The notes beneath the pieces were generated by a model. That model was not told the DNA's origin. It did not search any database and saw only the letters and a list, made by a program, of their open reading frames with translations. DNA of 64,000 nucleotides from Clostridia bacterium. GTDB lineage: Bacteria; Bacillota; Clostridia; UMGS1840. The stretch is from NCBI GenBank assembly GCA_045638525.1, contig JAZUBQ010000019.1:8418-72417 (forward strand), in the 5' to 3' direction. How positions within the stretch are numbered: the stretch's first letter is position 1; each line of letters begins with the position of its first letter. Both the position numbers and the translations under genes were made by a program. Shown here one piece after another: positions 29,431-39,195 of the stretch.

Positions 29431-30030
29431 GTGAAAAGAATCAAATCACAAAAAGCCGAACCTCAACGAAAACCCGGTGGTTGCCTGCCTCTGATTCTGT
29501 TGGTGGGACTGCTTCTAATTCTGCTCACCGCAGGAAAAATGCCGTGGAAAAAAAATCTGGACTATTTCATGCGGGGTGAAGCTGATATCAAACAGTTTTT
29601 TAAAGATATTCAAGTTTCCTACCAAAAAAATCTCACGTATCCCAATTTCATTTATCCGCTTTCCGGCACCATCACCTCTCCCTTCGGAGAACGTCTGAAT
29701 CCCATCAGTTCCCAACCGGAACAACACACCGGCATCGACATTGACCTTGGCGGTGGAACCGAAGTAAAAGCCTCTGCAGACGGAACAGTTATGAAAATCG
29801 GTGTGGATGAGCGATTCGGAAATTTTCTGATCATCTCCCACAACGACTTGTTCTCCACCTGTTACTCTCATCTGGAGCAAATTGACGTAACAGAAGGAGC
29901 ATATGTTCATCAAGGCGATCGGGTTGCCATTGCCGGAAATACAGGAGTCACAACAGGTCCACACCTTCATTTTGAAATCCGAAAAGGAGAAAAACGGATG
30001 AATCCCGTTCCGTTTTTACAAAAAGAATGA
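29431..30030 (+). CDS. spoIVFA: M23 peptidase family membrane protein, SpoIVFA-like
   Basis: N-terminal TM; TSPFG.R..P, HTGID, YSHL, TGPHLHFE; overlaps the spoIVFB-like gene. Confidence 0.7.
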   Translation: MKRIKSQKAEPQRKPGGCLPLILLVGLLLILLTAGKMPWKKNLDYFMRGEADIKQFFKDIQVSYQKNLTYPNFIYPLSGTITSPFGERLNPISSQPEQHTGIDIDLGGGTEVKASADGTVMKIGVDERFGNFLIISHNDLFSTCYSHLEQIDVTEGAYVHQGDRVAIAGNTGVTTGPHLHFEIRKGEKRMNPVPFLQKE

Positions 30031-30851
30031 AGCATTTAAGCGTAAATCCCTGGCTGTTTTTCGTAATCGGAATTGCCTTCATCACTAAAAATTTCAACGC
30101 TTTTCTTGTCACTTATTTATCACTTTTATTTCACGAACTGGTGCATCTTCTGTTTTTATGCCGTGAAAAAGTTTTGCTTCACCGCATCGTTTTTGAGCCG
30201 TTTGGAATTTGTATTGAAACCGAAAACGAACCGAAAAACGGCGTAATGGTTTACCTCTCAGCCCCGCTTGCCAACCTGATGGTGGCATTTTTTCTTTTCA
30301 TCGGACATCAAAAGGGATGGTTTCCTTTTTATTCTCAATGGTTTTTTGCCAATCTGTTTCTGGGAGGACTCAACTTACTTCCCTGCCTCCCTTTAGATGG
30401 CGGAAGATCACTGATGGATTGGTTACAATCCATCTACCCGAAACAAAAAGCCAAACAGATTGTGAACCTTTTATCCGCGGTTCTGTCCATTGGGCTTATC
30501 CTGATTGGTGGTTGGTTATTTCTGATCACAAAGCAAAATCCTTCTCTTCTGATGGTCGGAATTTTCCTATGCTACACTTGTATGACAAAAAATTCACTCA
30601 CACATCAAAAAAGCATCTGTCACGCATTTCAACGGATGGAATCCGAACTATGGAACAGCCCTCTGCCCGTTATTTCTCTGATTGCTCCAAAAAATTATTC
30701 TGCCAGAAAAATCCTTCCAAAATTCCGGGAAAGCTGTTACTATACTGTAACGTTAATTTCAAACGGACACATTATAAAAACTCTGACCGAAACGCAAATT
30801 CTCAAAAAAATCCTTTCCTCAGATTCGGATGTTTTACTGGAAGAGTGTTAA
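30027..30851 (+). CDS. spoIVFB: M50 intramembrane metalloprotease, SpoIVFB-like
   Basis: FHELVH (HExxH), PFG, NLLPCLPLDGG; C-terminal CBS-like region. Confidence 0.82.
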   Translation: MKHLSVNPWLFFVIGIAFITKNFNAFLVTYLSLLFHELVHLLFLCREKVLLHRIVFEPFGICIETENEPKNGVMVYLSAPLANLMVAFFLFIGHQKGWFPFYSQWFFANLFLGGLNLLPCLPLDGGRSLMDWLQSIYPKQKAKQIVNLLSAVLSIGLILIGGWLFLITKQNPSLLMVGIFLCYTCMTKNSLTHQKSICHAFQRMESELWNSPLPVISLIAPKNYSARKILPKFRESCYYTVTLISNGHIIKTLTETQILKKILSSDSDVLLEEC

Positions 30852-30857
30852 AACAAA

Positions 30858-30906
30858 AAAAGACAGAAGCGATGCAACTATAAAAAATTGCATCGCTTCT
30901 GTCTTT
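30858..30906. terminator. Bidirectional terminator between spoIVFB and yneA
   Basis: AAAGACAGAAGCGATGCAA...TTGCATCGCTTCTGTCTTT. Confidence 0.8.
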
Positions 30907-30912
30907 AGGTTA

Positions 30913-31197
30913 TTATTGCGGACAAGCAATCAATAAACGGGTTCCCACCATCAAAGAAGAGCTTTCCAATTGATTTAACTTTTTAATTTCATACATTGTC
31001 TGTCTGATATCTGCATCCCCTCCAAATTCTTCTGCAATGCTCCACAGAGAATCATTAGGCTGCACGATATAAGAGATATATTCCGAACCGATTTCTTTAT
31101 TGGCAAAGGCGCTCATTTGGCTAATCGCAATCACACTCATCAAAACAACAACAGAAACAAAAAGCAAACATCTTTTTCCTTTTTTCGTTAATTTCAT
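30913..31197 (-). CDS. yneA: LysM-domain SOS cell-division inhibitor, YneA-like
   Basis: TM plus LysM (YIVQPNDSLWSIA...IKKLNQL); divergent from lexA; AAGGAGG RBS. Confidence 0.82.
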   Translation of the reverse strand: MKLTKKGKRCLLFVSVVVLMSVIAISQMSAFANKEIGSEYISYIVQPNDSLWSIAEEFGGDADIRQTMYEIKKLNQLESSSLMVGTRLLIACPQ

Positions 31198-31217
31198 TGC
31201 ATTTTCCTCCTTAAACC

Positions 31218-31332
31218 AAACATTTGTTTTCCTTTTGTGGTTGTAGTATAACACAAACATTTGTTCTTGTCAATAGATTTTTGAAAAAAATACAAACAAA
31301 TGTTTGACAAATCGTTTTTTATATGTTATACT
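31218..31332. promoter_or_regulatory. Divergent lexA/yneA sigma-A promoters with three SOS-box-like palindromes
   Basis: AAACATTTGTTT 31218-31229, AAACATTTGTTC 31255-31266, AAACAAATGTTT 31294-31305; TTGACA-17-TATACT on both strands. Confidence 0.8.
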
Positions 31333-31424
31333 GAAACTAACAAAGAAAAAATACCGAAAAAAACTGAAAAGATACAACAAATTCAGACTTTTTTTGACAA
31401 ATTTTTCCAAAAGGAGTTTTTGCC

Positions 31425-32057
31425 ATGGAAATGGAATTAACAAAAAAGCAGAAGCTGATCTATGACTTTATCAATGATTTTCAAAATAAAAACGGCTATC
31501 CACCCACTGTACGGGACATTTGCATCGGTGTTGGTCTTCGCTCTACTGCAACCGTCTTCACTCATTTAAAAAACCTGGAAGAAAAGGGCGTTTTAAACAA
31601 AAGTTCTTCCAAAAACAGGGCCATCTCAGTCGTCAAAGAATCTGCCATCAACCAGGTGGAACCCCAAGATGCCAAAGCATCCGATGTTTTTGAAATTCCT
31701 CTTCTTGGTAAGGTGGCGGCAGGCAGTCCTATCTTAGCTGTGGAAAATATCGAACGCACTTTTCCGTTGCCTCCGGATATGGCAACCAATCAGGATATGT
31801 TTATGCTCAGAGTGCAAGGGGAAAGCATGATTAACGCCGGCATTTTAAACGGAGATTTAATCATTGTTTCCCGTCAGCCAACTGCTGAAAACGGAGAAAT
31901 GGTAGTCGCTATGATTGACGGAGAAGCCACGGTCAAAACCTTCTATAAAGAAAATGGCTATTTTCGTTTACAACCCGAAAACGATGCTATGGAACCTATC
32001 ATTGTGACCCAACTGACCATTTTAGGTAAAGTTGTGGGACTGTTCCGAAAATATTGA
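31425..32057 (+). CDS. lexA: SOS repressor LexA
   Basis: GYPPTVRDI..GVGLRST, VAAGSP cleavage site, GESM (Ser), ATVK (Lys). Confidence 0.97.
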   Translation: MEMELTKKQKLIYDFINDFQNKNGYPPTVRDICIGVGLRSTATVFTHLKNLEEKGVLNKSSSKNRAISVVKESAINQVEPQDAKASDVFEIPLLGKVAAGSPILAVENIERTFPLPPDMATNQDMFMLRVQGESMINAGILNGDLIIVSRQPTAENGEMVVAMIDGEATVKTFYKENGYFRLQPENDAMEPIIVTQLTILGKVVGLFRKY

Positions 32058-32062
32058 TTTTT

Positions 32063-32105
32063 AAAAAACCACTTCAGAATCTCAGGATTCTGAAGTGGTT
32101 TTTTT
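32063..32105. terminator. Bidirectional terminator
   Basis: AAAAAACCACTTCAGAATC-TCAG-GATTCTGAAGTGGTTTTTT. Confidence 0.85.
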
Positions 32106-33375
32106 ATTTTTTTAACATTCGTTCCAACAAACTATCGTAAATCGGCTGATTTGCTAATCTGTGCGTCACCAGATAGCTGACAGTGCAAACCACAGCCATG
32201 GGTAAAATATTGCCAAAACTGCCCGTCATTTCACACAGCAGAAGAATTCCGGTAACAGGTGCGTGTACAATAGCAGTAAAATATCCTGCCATTGCCATAA
32301 TCACAAAGGCAAAGAGCATATCAGTCGGAAGTGACAATGCCGAAATTGCAACAGTTGCAAAAATGGCACCGATATAGGCACCCAATACCAAAAGCGGGAA
32401 AAAGATGCCACCGGGTGCTCCGGAACCAAAACTCAACATCGAGAATAAAAATTTTGCAATCAACAATATCAACATAGAAGAAAGCAACAGACCCGGTTGT
32501 TCCAGATGTTCCACCATTTTATGACCGCCACCTAATACCAAAGGCAGCATAATACCCAGTACACCTGCCAATAAGAATGGAATCAAAAGCTTTAAAAAAG
32601 GATATTTCAACTTTTGATACTGTTTTTGAGTCCAAAGCAGTGTCTTATTATAACACAAGCCTAACACTCCGAGTATCAGTCCCAAAAGGAGTAACAACCA
32701 ATAGCAGGACAATGGAATTTCAGAAAAAGCAGGAAATGAAAAAACAGAACCGGTGCCAAAAAACAATTTGGAAATAAAATCTGCAGTCACAGAAGAAACC
32801 ATTACAGAAAATAACAAGGAAGGAGAAATGGTTTTATAAACTTCCTCCACCGCAAACAGAACGCCTGCCAATGGTGCATTAAATGCTGCAGACAGACCGG
32901 CAGATGCACCGCATAAAAGCAGAAAATTCTTTTCCTCACCATCTCGTTTGAAACCATCGGATAGAATTCTTCCTCCCATAGCACCCAACTGAATGGAAGG
33001 ACCTTCTCTTCCCAAAGATAATCCGGAAAAAACGCTTAAAGCTCCACCAATCATTTTGAGCGCCAACACCTTAAATGGCTTTGCCACAAACTTTCCGTGA
33101 AATTCACCTTCCAATTGGGGGATTCCACTTCCTGAAATCATAGGTTCAGATTTCAACAGCCGACTGACAACCCAAGCAATCGCAACCAAAAGCAAAAACC
33201 AAACGATCATCAGCGCCGGTGTTTTCTGTAAAAATTGCAACACCTGATTTCTGCCATCTTCCGATACCCCTAACAGCCAACGATAAAAAACAGCCATAAG
33301 ACCTGAAAAAATTCCAATCAAAATACCTTGCCAGATCAAGCGGTATTTTGGTTTTTCGAGTGTTTGATGTTTCAT
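32104..33375 (-). CDS. ClC family H+/Cl- exchange transporter (EriC-like)
   Basis: GSGIP, GREGP, AAFNAPLAG, GIFFP and C-terminal IY motif; no C-terminal cytosolic domain. Confidence 0.92.
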   Translation of the reverse strand: MKHQTLEKPKYRLIWQGILIGIFSGLMAVFYRWLLGVSEDGRNQVLQFLQKTPALMIVWFLLLVAIAWVVSRLLKSEPMISGSGIPQLEGEFHGKFVAKPFKVLALKMIGGALSVFSGLSLGREGPSIQLGAMGGRILSDGFKRDGEEKNFLLLCGASAGLSAAFNAPLAGVLFAVEEVYKTISPSLLFSVMVSSVTADFISKLFFGTGSVFSFPAFSEIPLSCYWLLLLLGLILGVLGLCYNKTLLWTQKQYQKLKYPFLKLLIPFLLAGVLGIMLPLVLGGGHKMVEHLEQPGLLLSSMLILLIAKFLFSMLSFGSGAPGGIFFPLLVLGAYIGAIFATVAISALSLPTDMLFAFVIMAMAGYFTAIVHAPVTGILLLCEMTGSFGNILPMAVVCTVSYLVTHRLANQPIYDSLLERMLKK

Positions 33376-33472
33376 AATACTTCACCTTACTTAAAAAAAC
33401 GGATAAGCAAAAATGTCCACAAAAAAGCTGTATCACTCAAGATGATACAGCTTCTCGTTTGTACAAAATCAA

Positions 33473-33748
33473 TTAGATAGCGTATACGCTAACCTGTTTT
33501 TTGTCTCTTTTGGTTTCGAATCTTACTTTACCGTCAATCAAAGCGTATAAAGTATCGTCAGAGCCTTTACCAACGTTGTTACCGGGGTTGATTTTGGTAC
33601 CTCTCTGTCTAACCAGAATGTTACCTGCTAAAACAAACTGACCGTCTGCTCTTTTCGCACCCAGTCTTTTGGATTCACTGTCTCTGCCGTTTTTGGTGCT
33701 ACCTACACCTTTTTTATGAGCAAATAACTGGAAATTAATTTTAAACAT
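33473..33748 (-). CDS. rpmA: 50S ribosomal protein L27 with Prp-cleaved N-terminal extension
   Basis: [30 protein letters not shown]. Confidence 0.98.
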   Translation of the reverse strand: MFKINFQLFAHKKGVGSTKNGRDSESKRLGAKRADGQFVLAGNILVRQRGTKINPGNNVGKGSDDTLYALIDGKVRFETKRDKKQVSVYAI

Positions 33749-33751
33749 AGT

Positions 33752-34084
33752 TTATTCCTCCACTTCAATCATTTTTACATATTCCGAATAAGCAGCTTCT
33801 GCCTGGCGTAAAGTTAACACCATTGTTTCCAATAAAATGTTGACCTTTTCCAACACCAGCTGATCGGAAATTTCAGGAATCTCGCACTCTAAGTGCCCAT
33901 CGTCAATGATAATATTCAAACGAATTCCCAAAAGCTCCGACATTCCCAAAATCACGGACTGTGTTGCTGTAGAAACGTTTGCACAAACAATATCTTTGCC
34001 GATTTCCTCATAGCCGGAATGTCCGTCCACAACAAATCGGTTCACATTGCCGATGTAGTTCCTGTTAATTTCAATGTTTATCAT
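33752..34084 (-). CDS. prp: Ribosomal-processing cysteine protease Prp (YsxB)
   Basis: GHSGY...DIVCA motif; lies between rplU and rpmA. Confidence 0.93.
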   Translation of the reverse strand: MINIEINRNYIGNVNRFVVDGHSGYEEIGKDIVCANVSTATQSVILGMSELLGIRLNIIIDDGHLECEIPEISDQLVLEKVNILLETMVLTLRQAEAAYSEYVKMIEVEE

Positions 34085-34089
34085 AAAAA

Positions 34090-34401
34090 TTAACCGTTGA
34101 TTTTTTCAATCTGAACTTTGGTATAAGCCTGTCTGTGACCCTGTTTTTTGTGATAACCTTTTTTCGGTTTGTACTTGTAAACAATGATCTTTTTGCTTCT
34201 GCCTTCTTTTAAAGCTTTTGCGGTTACAGTTGCACCTGCAACATAAGGAGCACCAACTTTGATGCCGTCATCGGAACCGATTGCCAACACTTCGTTGAAA
34301 GTGTAGGTTTCGTTTTCTTCAAGACCTAATTTTTCGATGTAGATTACATCTCCTTCTGCTACTTTGTACTGCTTTCCGCCGGTTTTTAAAACTGCGTACA
34401 T
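34090..34401 (-). CDS. rplU: 50S ribosomal protein L21
   Basis: [14 protein letters not shown]...KQGHRQAYT. Confidence 0.98.
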   Translation of the reverse strand: MYAVLKTGGKQYKVAEGDVIYIEKLGLEENETYTFNEVLAIGSDDGIKVGAPYVAGATVTAKALKEGRSKKIIVYKYKPKKGYHKKQGHRQAYTKVQIEKING

Positions 34402-34404
34402 AAA

Positions 34405-34516
34405 AGCACCTCCCAATTAAATTTTTTGCACCCTTTCGGGTGGTTATTTAGGACACGCCCGGATGATGGTGATTTCACCGAAGCAAAATTCTTATGCCAC
34501 TCCAGAGCGGTTACCA
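34405..34516 (-). promoter_or_regulatory. L21 ribosomal protein leader RNA
   Basis: 5' UTR of rplU with ACCGC...GGGCG pairing elements and a CACCC-GAAA-GGGTG hairpin before the GGAGGTG RBS. Confidence 0.65.
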
Positions 34517-34520
34517 CAGT

Positions 34521-34549
34521 ATTATACATTCTATTTTCAAAAATGTCAA
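34521..34549 (-). promoter_or_regulatory. Consensus sigma-A promoter of the rplU operon
   Basis: TTGACA-N17-TATAAT. Confidence 0.85.
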
Positions 34550-34588
34550 GCTTTTTTTTATTTTTATTCAATTTTTTTAAAAATTCCG

Positions 34589-35629
34589 TTATTCTGCCAT
34601 AATATCTTTGATGAAATAGGCATTGGTATCTGCCGGTTTTCCTGTTTTATCAAACACAGTCACTCTTACATAAATATCATCGGGACGGATTTCAAATGCC
34701 GCTTCATTCATGGTGTCCCCTTCCGGAGGATAAAAACAATAGCTGTGACGAAGACCTGTGGTGAACACAATTCTTGAAGCATCGGAAGTTTTAATGTGCA
34801 CTTTGTTATCCTCTATATATAAGCTATGAATTTCGGGCCCTTGTGATGCATAGAAGTCACCTTTCACCAAGGCATCAGTGATCGCTTTATATTCTAATTT
34901 TTCTGCCTTAATCATAGTGAAACCGCCAAAGGAATCACAGCGGGGTCCATCTATAGGATAATGATTATGGTTATCATCGGTAGCAATGGCGTAGAGCTTC
35001 TTTCCCTGACGAAGAAGTTCGTCATACACTTCAGGATTATACTCATCATACCCTTCCGTCACACATCCGTAGTTACAGATTTCCATGGCATTCATACCTT
35101 CATATTTGCCATAGATGGCATACCCTTCCAATGACCAGGTGGGATGATTGTATGTCACAAAAAATCCCTTTTCACGAGCAGTTTTTATGATATCATTAAT
35201 ACATTCCGGTGTATAAGAACGCTCATAGAACGGTAAAGATTCATCGTATGTTACCGTATAACGGGGATCCTCCATCCCCTTCACCTTGTCGTAGTATTTG
35301 GTGGGCATAAAACAAGGCTGCACCACATTATCGGGGTCCAATGCAATCATACAAATATGACAAACAGGAATCAGGTGATACGGATTTTCTTCGGATTCGT
35401 TGTCAAAATCGTATTCGGTTCCCATCAGGGCAACAAAATTTTCGTCCGTTAATTCGGGATGAGGAACCATTACATTATGGTCGGTATACGCAATGACCGA
35501 ATAGCCACGTTTTTGGTATTCCTCTTTCATTTGTTCGGGAGTCATTTTACCATCAGACATGGTAGAATGAGAATGTAAATTTGCTTTATAAAATTGACCG
35601 TTTTCGGGCAGTAAATATTTTTTCATCAC
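34589..35629 (-). CDS. PHP-domain metallohydrolase (CehA/McbA-like), paralog 1
   Basis: KANLHSHSTMSDG, AYTDH, YNHP.WS, EICN, ATDDNH. Confidence 0.85.
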   Translation of the reverse strand: MMKKYLLPENGQFYKANLHSHSTMSDGKMTPEQMKEEYQKRGYSVIAYTDHNVMVPHPELTDENFVALMGTEYDFDNESEENPYHLIPVCHICMIALDPDNVVQPCFMPTKYYDKVKGMEDPRYTVTYDESLPFYERSYTPECINDIIKTAREKGFFVTYNHPTWSLEGYAIYGKYEGMNAMEICNYGCVTEGYDEYNPEVYDELLRQGKKLYAIATDDNHNHYPIDGPRCDSFGGFTMIKAEKLEYKAITDALVKGDFYASQGPEIHSLYIEDNKVHIKTSDASRIVFTTGLRHSYCFYPPEGDTMNEAAFEIRPDDIYVRVTVFDKTGKPADTNAYFIKDIMAE

Positions 35630-35641
35630 AAATCCCCTCCC

Positions 35642-36667
35642 TTATTTCAACAAATCTTCCACAAAGTAGGCATTGGTATACGCTTTTCTGCCCTCTTTGT
35701 CGGTAACGATAATTCTTACGAATTTATCCTGAGGCCACACATCAAAAATGGTACCGTTTAAGTGATTCCCCTCCGTAGGGAATTCCGTATAACAATGGCG
35801 GATTCCCGAAGTAAAGGTAATGGTTGCCGCATCGGAGGTTTTGATATGTAATTTGTTACCTTCAAGAAACAAGCTGTAAATTTCGGGACCGCAAGAAGCA
35901 TAAAACTGCCCTTTTAAAAGTGCATCGGTCACCGAACGGTATTCCAGCTTATCTGCCTTAATCATAGTGAAACCACCAAAGGAATCGCAATAGGGACTTT
36001 CCATAGAAAAGCCGTTATGGTTATCATCGGTAGCCACACAATAAATCTTTTTCCCCTGCTGCAGCAATTCCTGATACACTTTGGAATTATAATCGTGATA
36101 ACCTTCGGTCACACAACCATAGTTACAGATTTCCATGGCGTGCATCCCTTCATATTTGCTGTAAATCTCATATCCCTCCTGAGACCAGGCAGGATGATTG
36201 TATGTCACAAAATATCCTTTTTCACGAGCATCTTTTATCATATTGTTGATATACTCTGCGTTATACTCATACTCATAAAGCGGAAGCGATTCATCGTATT
36301 TTACCAAAGATTTATCTTCCATATGGTCATAAATCCAAGTCTTACGGAAGTATGGCTGCACCACATAATCCGGATCGGTTGCAATCAAACAAATATGACA
36401 AGTTTTCAGTTGATGAAACCCTGCTGCATCCGGCTTGTTTTCAGTAATATCATATTCAGTACCGTACAATGCAAGAAAATTTTCATCAGTTAATTCCGGA
36501 TGCGGAACCAGTACATTATGATCGGTATAGGCAATGATGGAATATCCGTGTTTTTGATATTCTTCTTTCATTTCACCGGGAGACAGTCTTCCGTCCGATA
36601 CATTGGTATGACAATGCAGGTTCGCTTTATAAAACTGACCGCCTTCAGGTAACAAATATTTTCTCAT
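35642..36667 (-). CDS. PHP-domain metallohydrolase, paralog 2
   Basis: KANLHCHTNVSDG, AYTDH, YNHPAWS, ATDDNH; collinear with paralog 1. Confidence 0.85.
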   Translation of the reverse strand: MRKYLLPEGGQFYKANLHCHTNVSDGRLSPGEMKEEYQKHGYSIIAYTDHNVLVPHPELTDENFLALYGTEYDITENKPDAAGFHQLKTCHICLIATDPDYVVQPYFRKTWIYDHMEDKSLVKYDESLPLYEYEYNAEYINNMIKDAREKGYFVTYNHPAWSQEGYEIYSKYEGMHAMEICNYGCVTEGYHDYNSKVYQELLQQGKKIYCVATDDNHNGFSMESPYCDSFGGFTMIKADKLEYRSVTDALLKGQFYASCGPEIYSLFLEGNKLHIKTSDAATITFTSGIRHCYTEFPTEGNHLNGTIFDVWPQDKFVRIIVTDKEGRKAYTNAYFVEDLLK

Positions 36668-36685
36668 TGTGAGTGTTCTCCTTTA

Positions 36686-36790
36686 TTATAATTCTTTTAA
36701 CAAATCTTAAATAAAATAAGCAGTGATATCTGCTGTTTTTCCCTCTTTGTCAAACACGGTCACTCTCACAGAAATGTCATCGGGATATTT
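36686..36790 (-). pseudogene. 3' remnant of a third PHP paralog
   Basis: Translates YPDDISVRVTVFDKEGKTADITAYFI*DLLKEL*, compared with RPDDIYVRVTVFDKTGKPADTNAYFIKDIMAE in paralog 1. Confidence 0.85.
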
Positions 36791-36813
36791 TTATTTTTTT
36801 ATTTCTTTATTTC

Positions 36814-37914
36814 TTAAATGCTGTCTCCCAACAGCTTAATGGTTTCTTTAATCTTAATATTCTGGGGACAATGTTTTTCACAAACACCGCATCCAACACA
36901 ATCTTTTACATTCGCATATTTTTTCTGTAAAATTGCTTTGGTTTCTTCCCAAACAGCTTCTGCCGCCAAGTGTTTGTTATATACTGAAAATACATCAGGA
37001 ATCTGAATTTTTGTGGGACAATCATCCACACAATAGCGACATTTGGTGCAAGGAATCTGACGAACGGTACGAATTACGTTTCTCAGTTTCTCAGAAAGAG
37101 CAAGTTCCGCCTCACTAAAAGGTACAAAATTACCCATAGCGGAAATATTGTCTGTTACCATTTCCATATTTCCCATACCGGATAACACCATTTCCACACC
37201 AGGGAAACTTGCCGCAAAACGAAGTGCAAATGCAGCCTCGCTGTCTTTGGTATTCTCCGACAACAAAGCTTTCGCTTCTTTGGGAAGATTTACGAGATTC
37301 CCACCCTTCACAGGTTCCATCACGATAATTTTTTTGCCGTGTTTTCGGCACACATCATAACAAGCCTTGCTCTGAATTCCTGCATCATCATAATCCAGAT
37401 AGTTAAACTGAATCTGCACAAATTCAATCATCGGCTGCTCGGTGAGAATTTTATCCAGCACATCAGCCGTATCGTGGAAAGACATCGCAATGTGTTTGAC
37501 CTTCCCTTCATCCTTCAGTTGTTTTACGGTTTCAAAAGAATTGCAACGAAGATTTTTTGCATACAATTCTTTGTCCATACAATGGAAGATGTACACATCA
37601 AAAAAATCCACACCGCAGGATTCCAACTGACTTTCAAATAACGGACGGATTTCTTCCTCGGAATTATAAATCCAGGGAGAAAGCTTATTGGCCAGAATAA
37701 AACTTTCACGGGGATACCGTTTTGCCACACATTCACGGATGGCAATTTCACTTTTTCCGTCCAAATACACACGGGCAGTATCAAAATAATTAAAACCGGC
37801 ATCCATAAAGGTATCCACCAGCTGATTCACCTGCTGGTAATCCACATCATTTTCAATCATCGGAAGTCTCATAAATCCGAATCCGAAATTTTTCTTTACG
37901 CCTTCAAATAACAT
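36814..37914 (-). CDS. Aldo/keto reductase with C-terminal 4Fe-4S dicluster domain
   Basis: FGFGFMRLP, NYFDTA..Y, MEPVKGG, CTKCRYC..C, CVGCGVCEKHCP. Confidence 0.92.
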   Translation of the reverse strand: MLFEGVKKNFGFGFMRLPMIENDVDYQQVNQLVDTFMDAGFNYFDTARVYLDGKSEIAIRECVAKRYPRESFILANKLSPWIYNSEEEIRPLFESQLESCGVDFFDVYIFHCMDKELYAKNLRCNSFETVKQLKDEGKVKHIAMSFHDTADVLDKILTEQPMIEFVQIQFNYLDYDDAGIQSKACYDVCRKHGKKIIVMEPVKGGNLVNLPKEAKALLSENTKDSEAAFALRFAASFPGVEMVLSGMGNMEMVTDNISAMGNFVPFSEAELALSEKLRNVIRTVRQIPCTKCRYCVDDCPTKIQIPDVFSVYNKHLAAEAVWEETKAILQKKYANVKDCVGCGVCEKHCPQNIKIKETIKLLGDSI

Positions 37915-37940
37915 AGGATATTCTCCTTTTTCTATAAAAT

Positions 37941-37997
37941 AAAAATATGGTACAATGTCGTTCGTTTCATTGTACCATATTTTATTAAAAGTTTCAA
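37941..37997 (-). promoter_or_regulatory. Sigma-A promoter with a palindrome overlapping the -10 box (operator or terminator)
   Basis: TTGAAA-N17-TACAAT; ATATGGTACAATG-N10-CATTGTACCATAT. Confidence 0.5.
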
Positions 37998-38225
37998 GTG
38001 ATTATAAAATTCTTTAAAATATTTTTTAATGTTGTTCTTTTGTTTTGACTCTAAAATCATCACCTCTTGTGTCATAAAAACAATCACCGGTAATCAAATC
38101 ACAAAAAATGCACTCTATTTGTCCAATAAAAAACAATACCCCCAAAGAATCATTTGTCAATACAACAAAGATGATATTTTGGGGGATATCGATAAGAACT
38201 TTCGCTTATTTTAATGAAACTTGAG

Positions 38226-38732
38226 TTATTTTCTGATAGAACTTATATTTTTACTGTTTGCAGTAAAATAACAGGTGGGAAGATAAGGCGCAACCCAATG
38301 AGCTGATGAATTATACTTTCCGCCTATATAAGTTCCTATTGTAGATGTTTTCCATGAATATACACGAACCTTATATTCCTTATAACCTTTCATGGATATG
38401 CTGGAAGAAGCAGAATTTTTCATATTTGTTTTCGAAATCTGTACCCATTGACCATTGGATTTTTTTCCGTAAACCAACACTTCAAAATATCCGTATTTTC
38501 CTACCACCGGGACTGTTCCGTCTTTTCTTGAAAGTCTGCCGGCAGTGCTTGAATATCGAAGTGTTGCTTTGTTTGTATTCGTAGTTTTCACATAAAACAC
38601 AGTAGCACTACCACCTCCATATTCAGTAGAGGAATGACTAATATCCGCAGCTGCAACTGTAGTGGAAATCAATGAGATACAAAGAATGCATACCAACAAA
38701 ACAGACAGCATTACCTTAGTTAAATTTTTCAT
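38226..38732 (-). CDS. Secreted hypothetical protein (basic, beta-rich)
   Basis: Signal peptide MKNLTKVMLSVLLVCILC...VAAA; GGAGG RBS; no recognised domain. Confidence 0.75.
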   Translation of the reverse strand: MKNLTKVMLSVLLVCILCISLISTTVAAADISHSSTEYGGGSATVFYVKTTNTNKATLRYSSTAGRLSRKDGTVPVVGKYGYFEVLVYGKKSNGQWVQISKTNMKNSASSSISMKGYKEYKVRVYSWKTSTIGTYIGGKYNSSAHWVAPYLPTCYFTANSKNISSIRK

Positions 38733-38890
38733 AACAATTACCTCCGAAAGCGAAAATTCTTATCTTTAACATAATTATATGGCTTTTCTATGCAAATGTC
38801 AAGAATTTTTCCAATCTTTAACACAAATTAAAGCAGAAAATATGGTAAGCTTAAAAAGTGAAATGAAATCAATTTCTGAGGGACAAGATT

Positions 38891-39133
38891 ATGAAAATTT
38901 ATGATTATAACGGCAAGAAAAACATCTGCGGAGAGCGTATTCACGAAGCCAGATGCAGACTTCGATTAACGCAGGCAGATTTAGCCGCTCAGCTTCAAGT
39001 AAACGGCATTATCATCGAACGTGACAGTATCTCCCGAATTGAAATCGGAACCCGATTTGTAGCAGATTATGAATTGCGTGAGCTTTCAAAAATCTTAAAA
39101 GTAAGCGTAAATTGGTTATTGGGAACAGAATAA
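38891..39133 (+). CDS. XRE family HTH transcriptional regulator
   Basis: GERI..AR...LTQADLAAQL...ISRIEIG.R...LSKILKVSVNWLLG. Confidence 0.9.
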   Translation: MKIYDYNGKKNICGERIHEARCRLRLTQADLAAQLQVNGIIIERDSISRIEIGTRFVADYELRELSKILKVSVNWLLGTE

Positions 39134-39180
39134 AAAACAACCCGACTTTTTTGGAAATAAAAAAGATGGGTTGTTTTTTA
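39131..39180. terminator. Bidirectional terminator
   Basis: AAAAAACAACCC...GGGTTGTTTTTT. Confidence 0.7.
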
Positions 39181-39195
39181 GTTAAGCTTTTTAGG

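Noticed and set aside
32104-33375. Fluoride-specific CLC-F transporter
   Set aside because: It has the GSGIP and GREGP signatures of chloride/proton antiporters, and no fluoride riboswitch is seen.
37932-38060. Possible 42-aa ORF after a GAGGTG motif
   Set aside because: The SD-like motif abuts the ATG with no spacing, the sequence is low-complexity and AT-rich, and it overlaps the reductase promoter.
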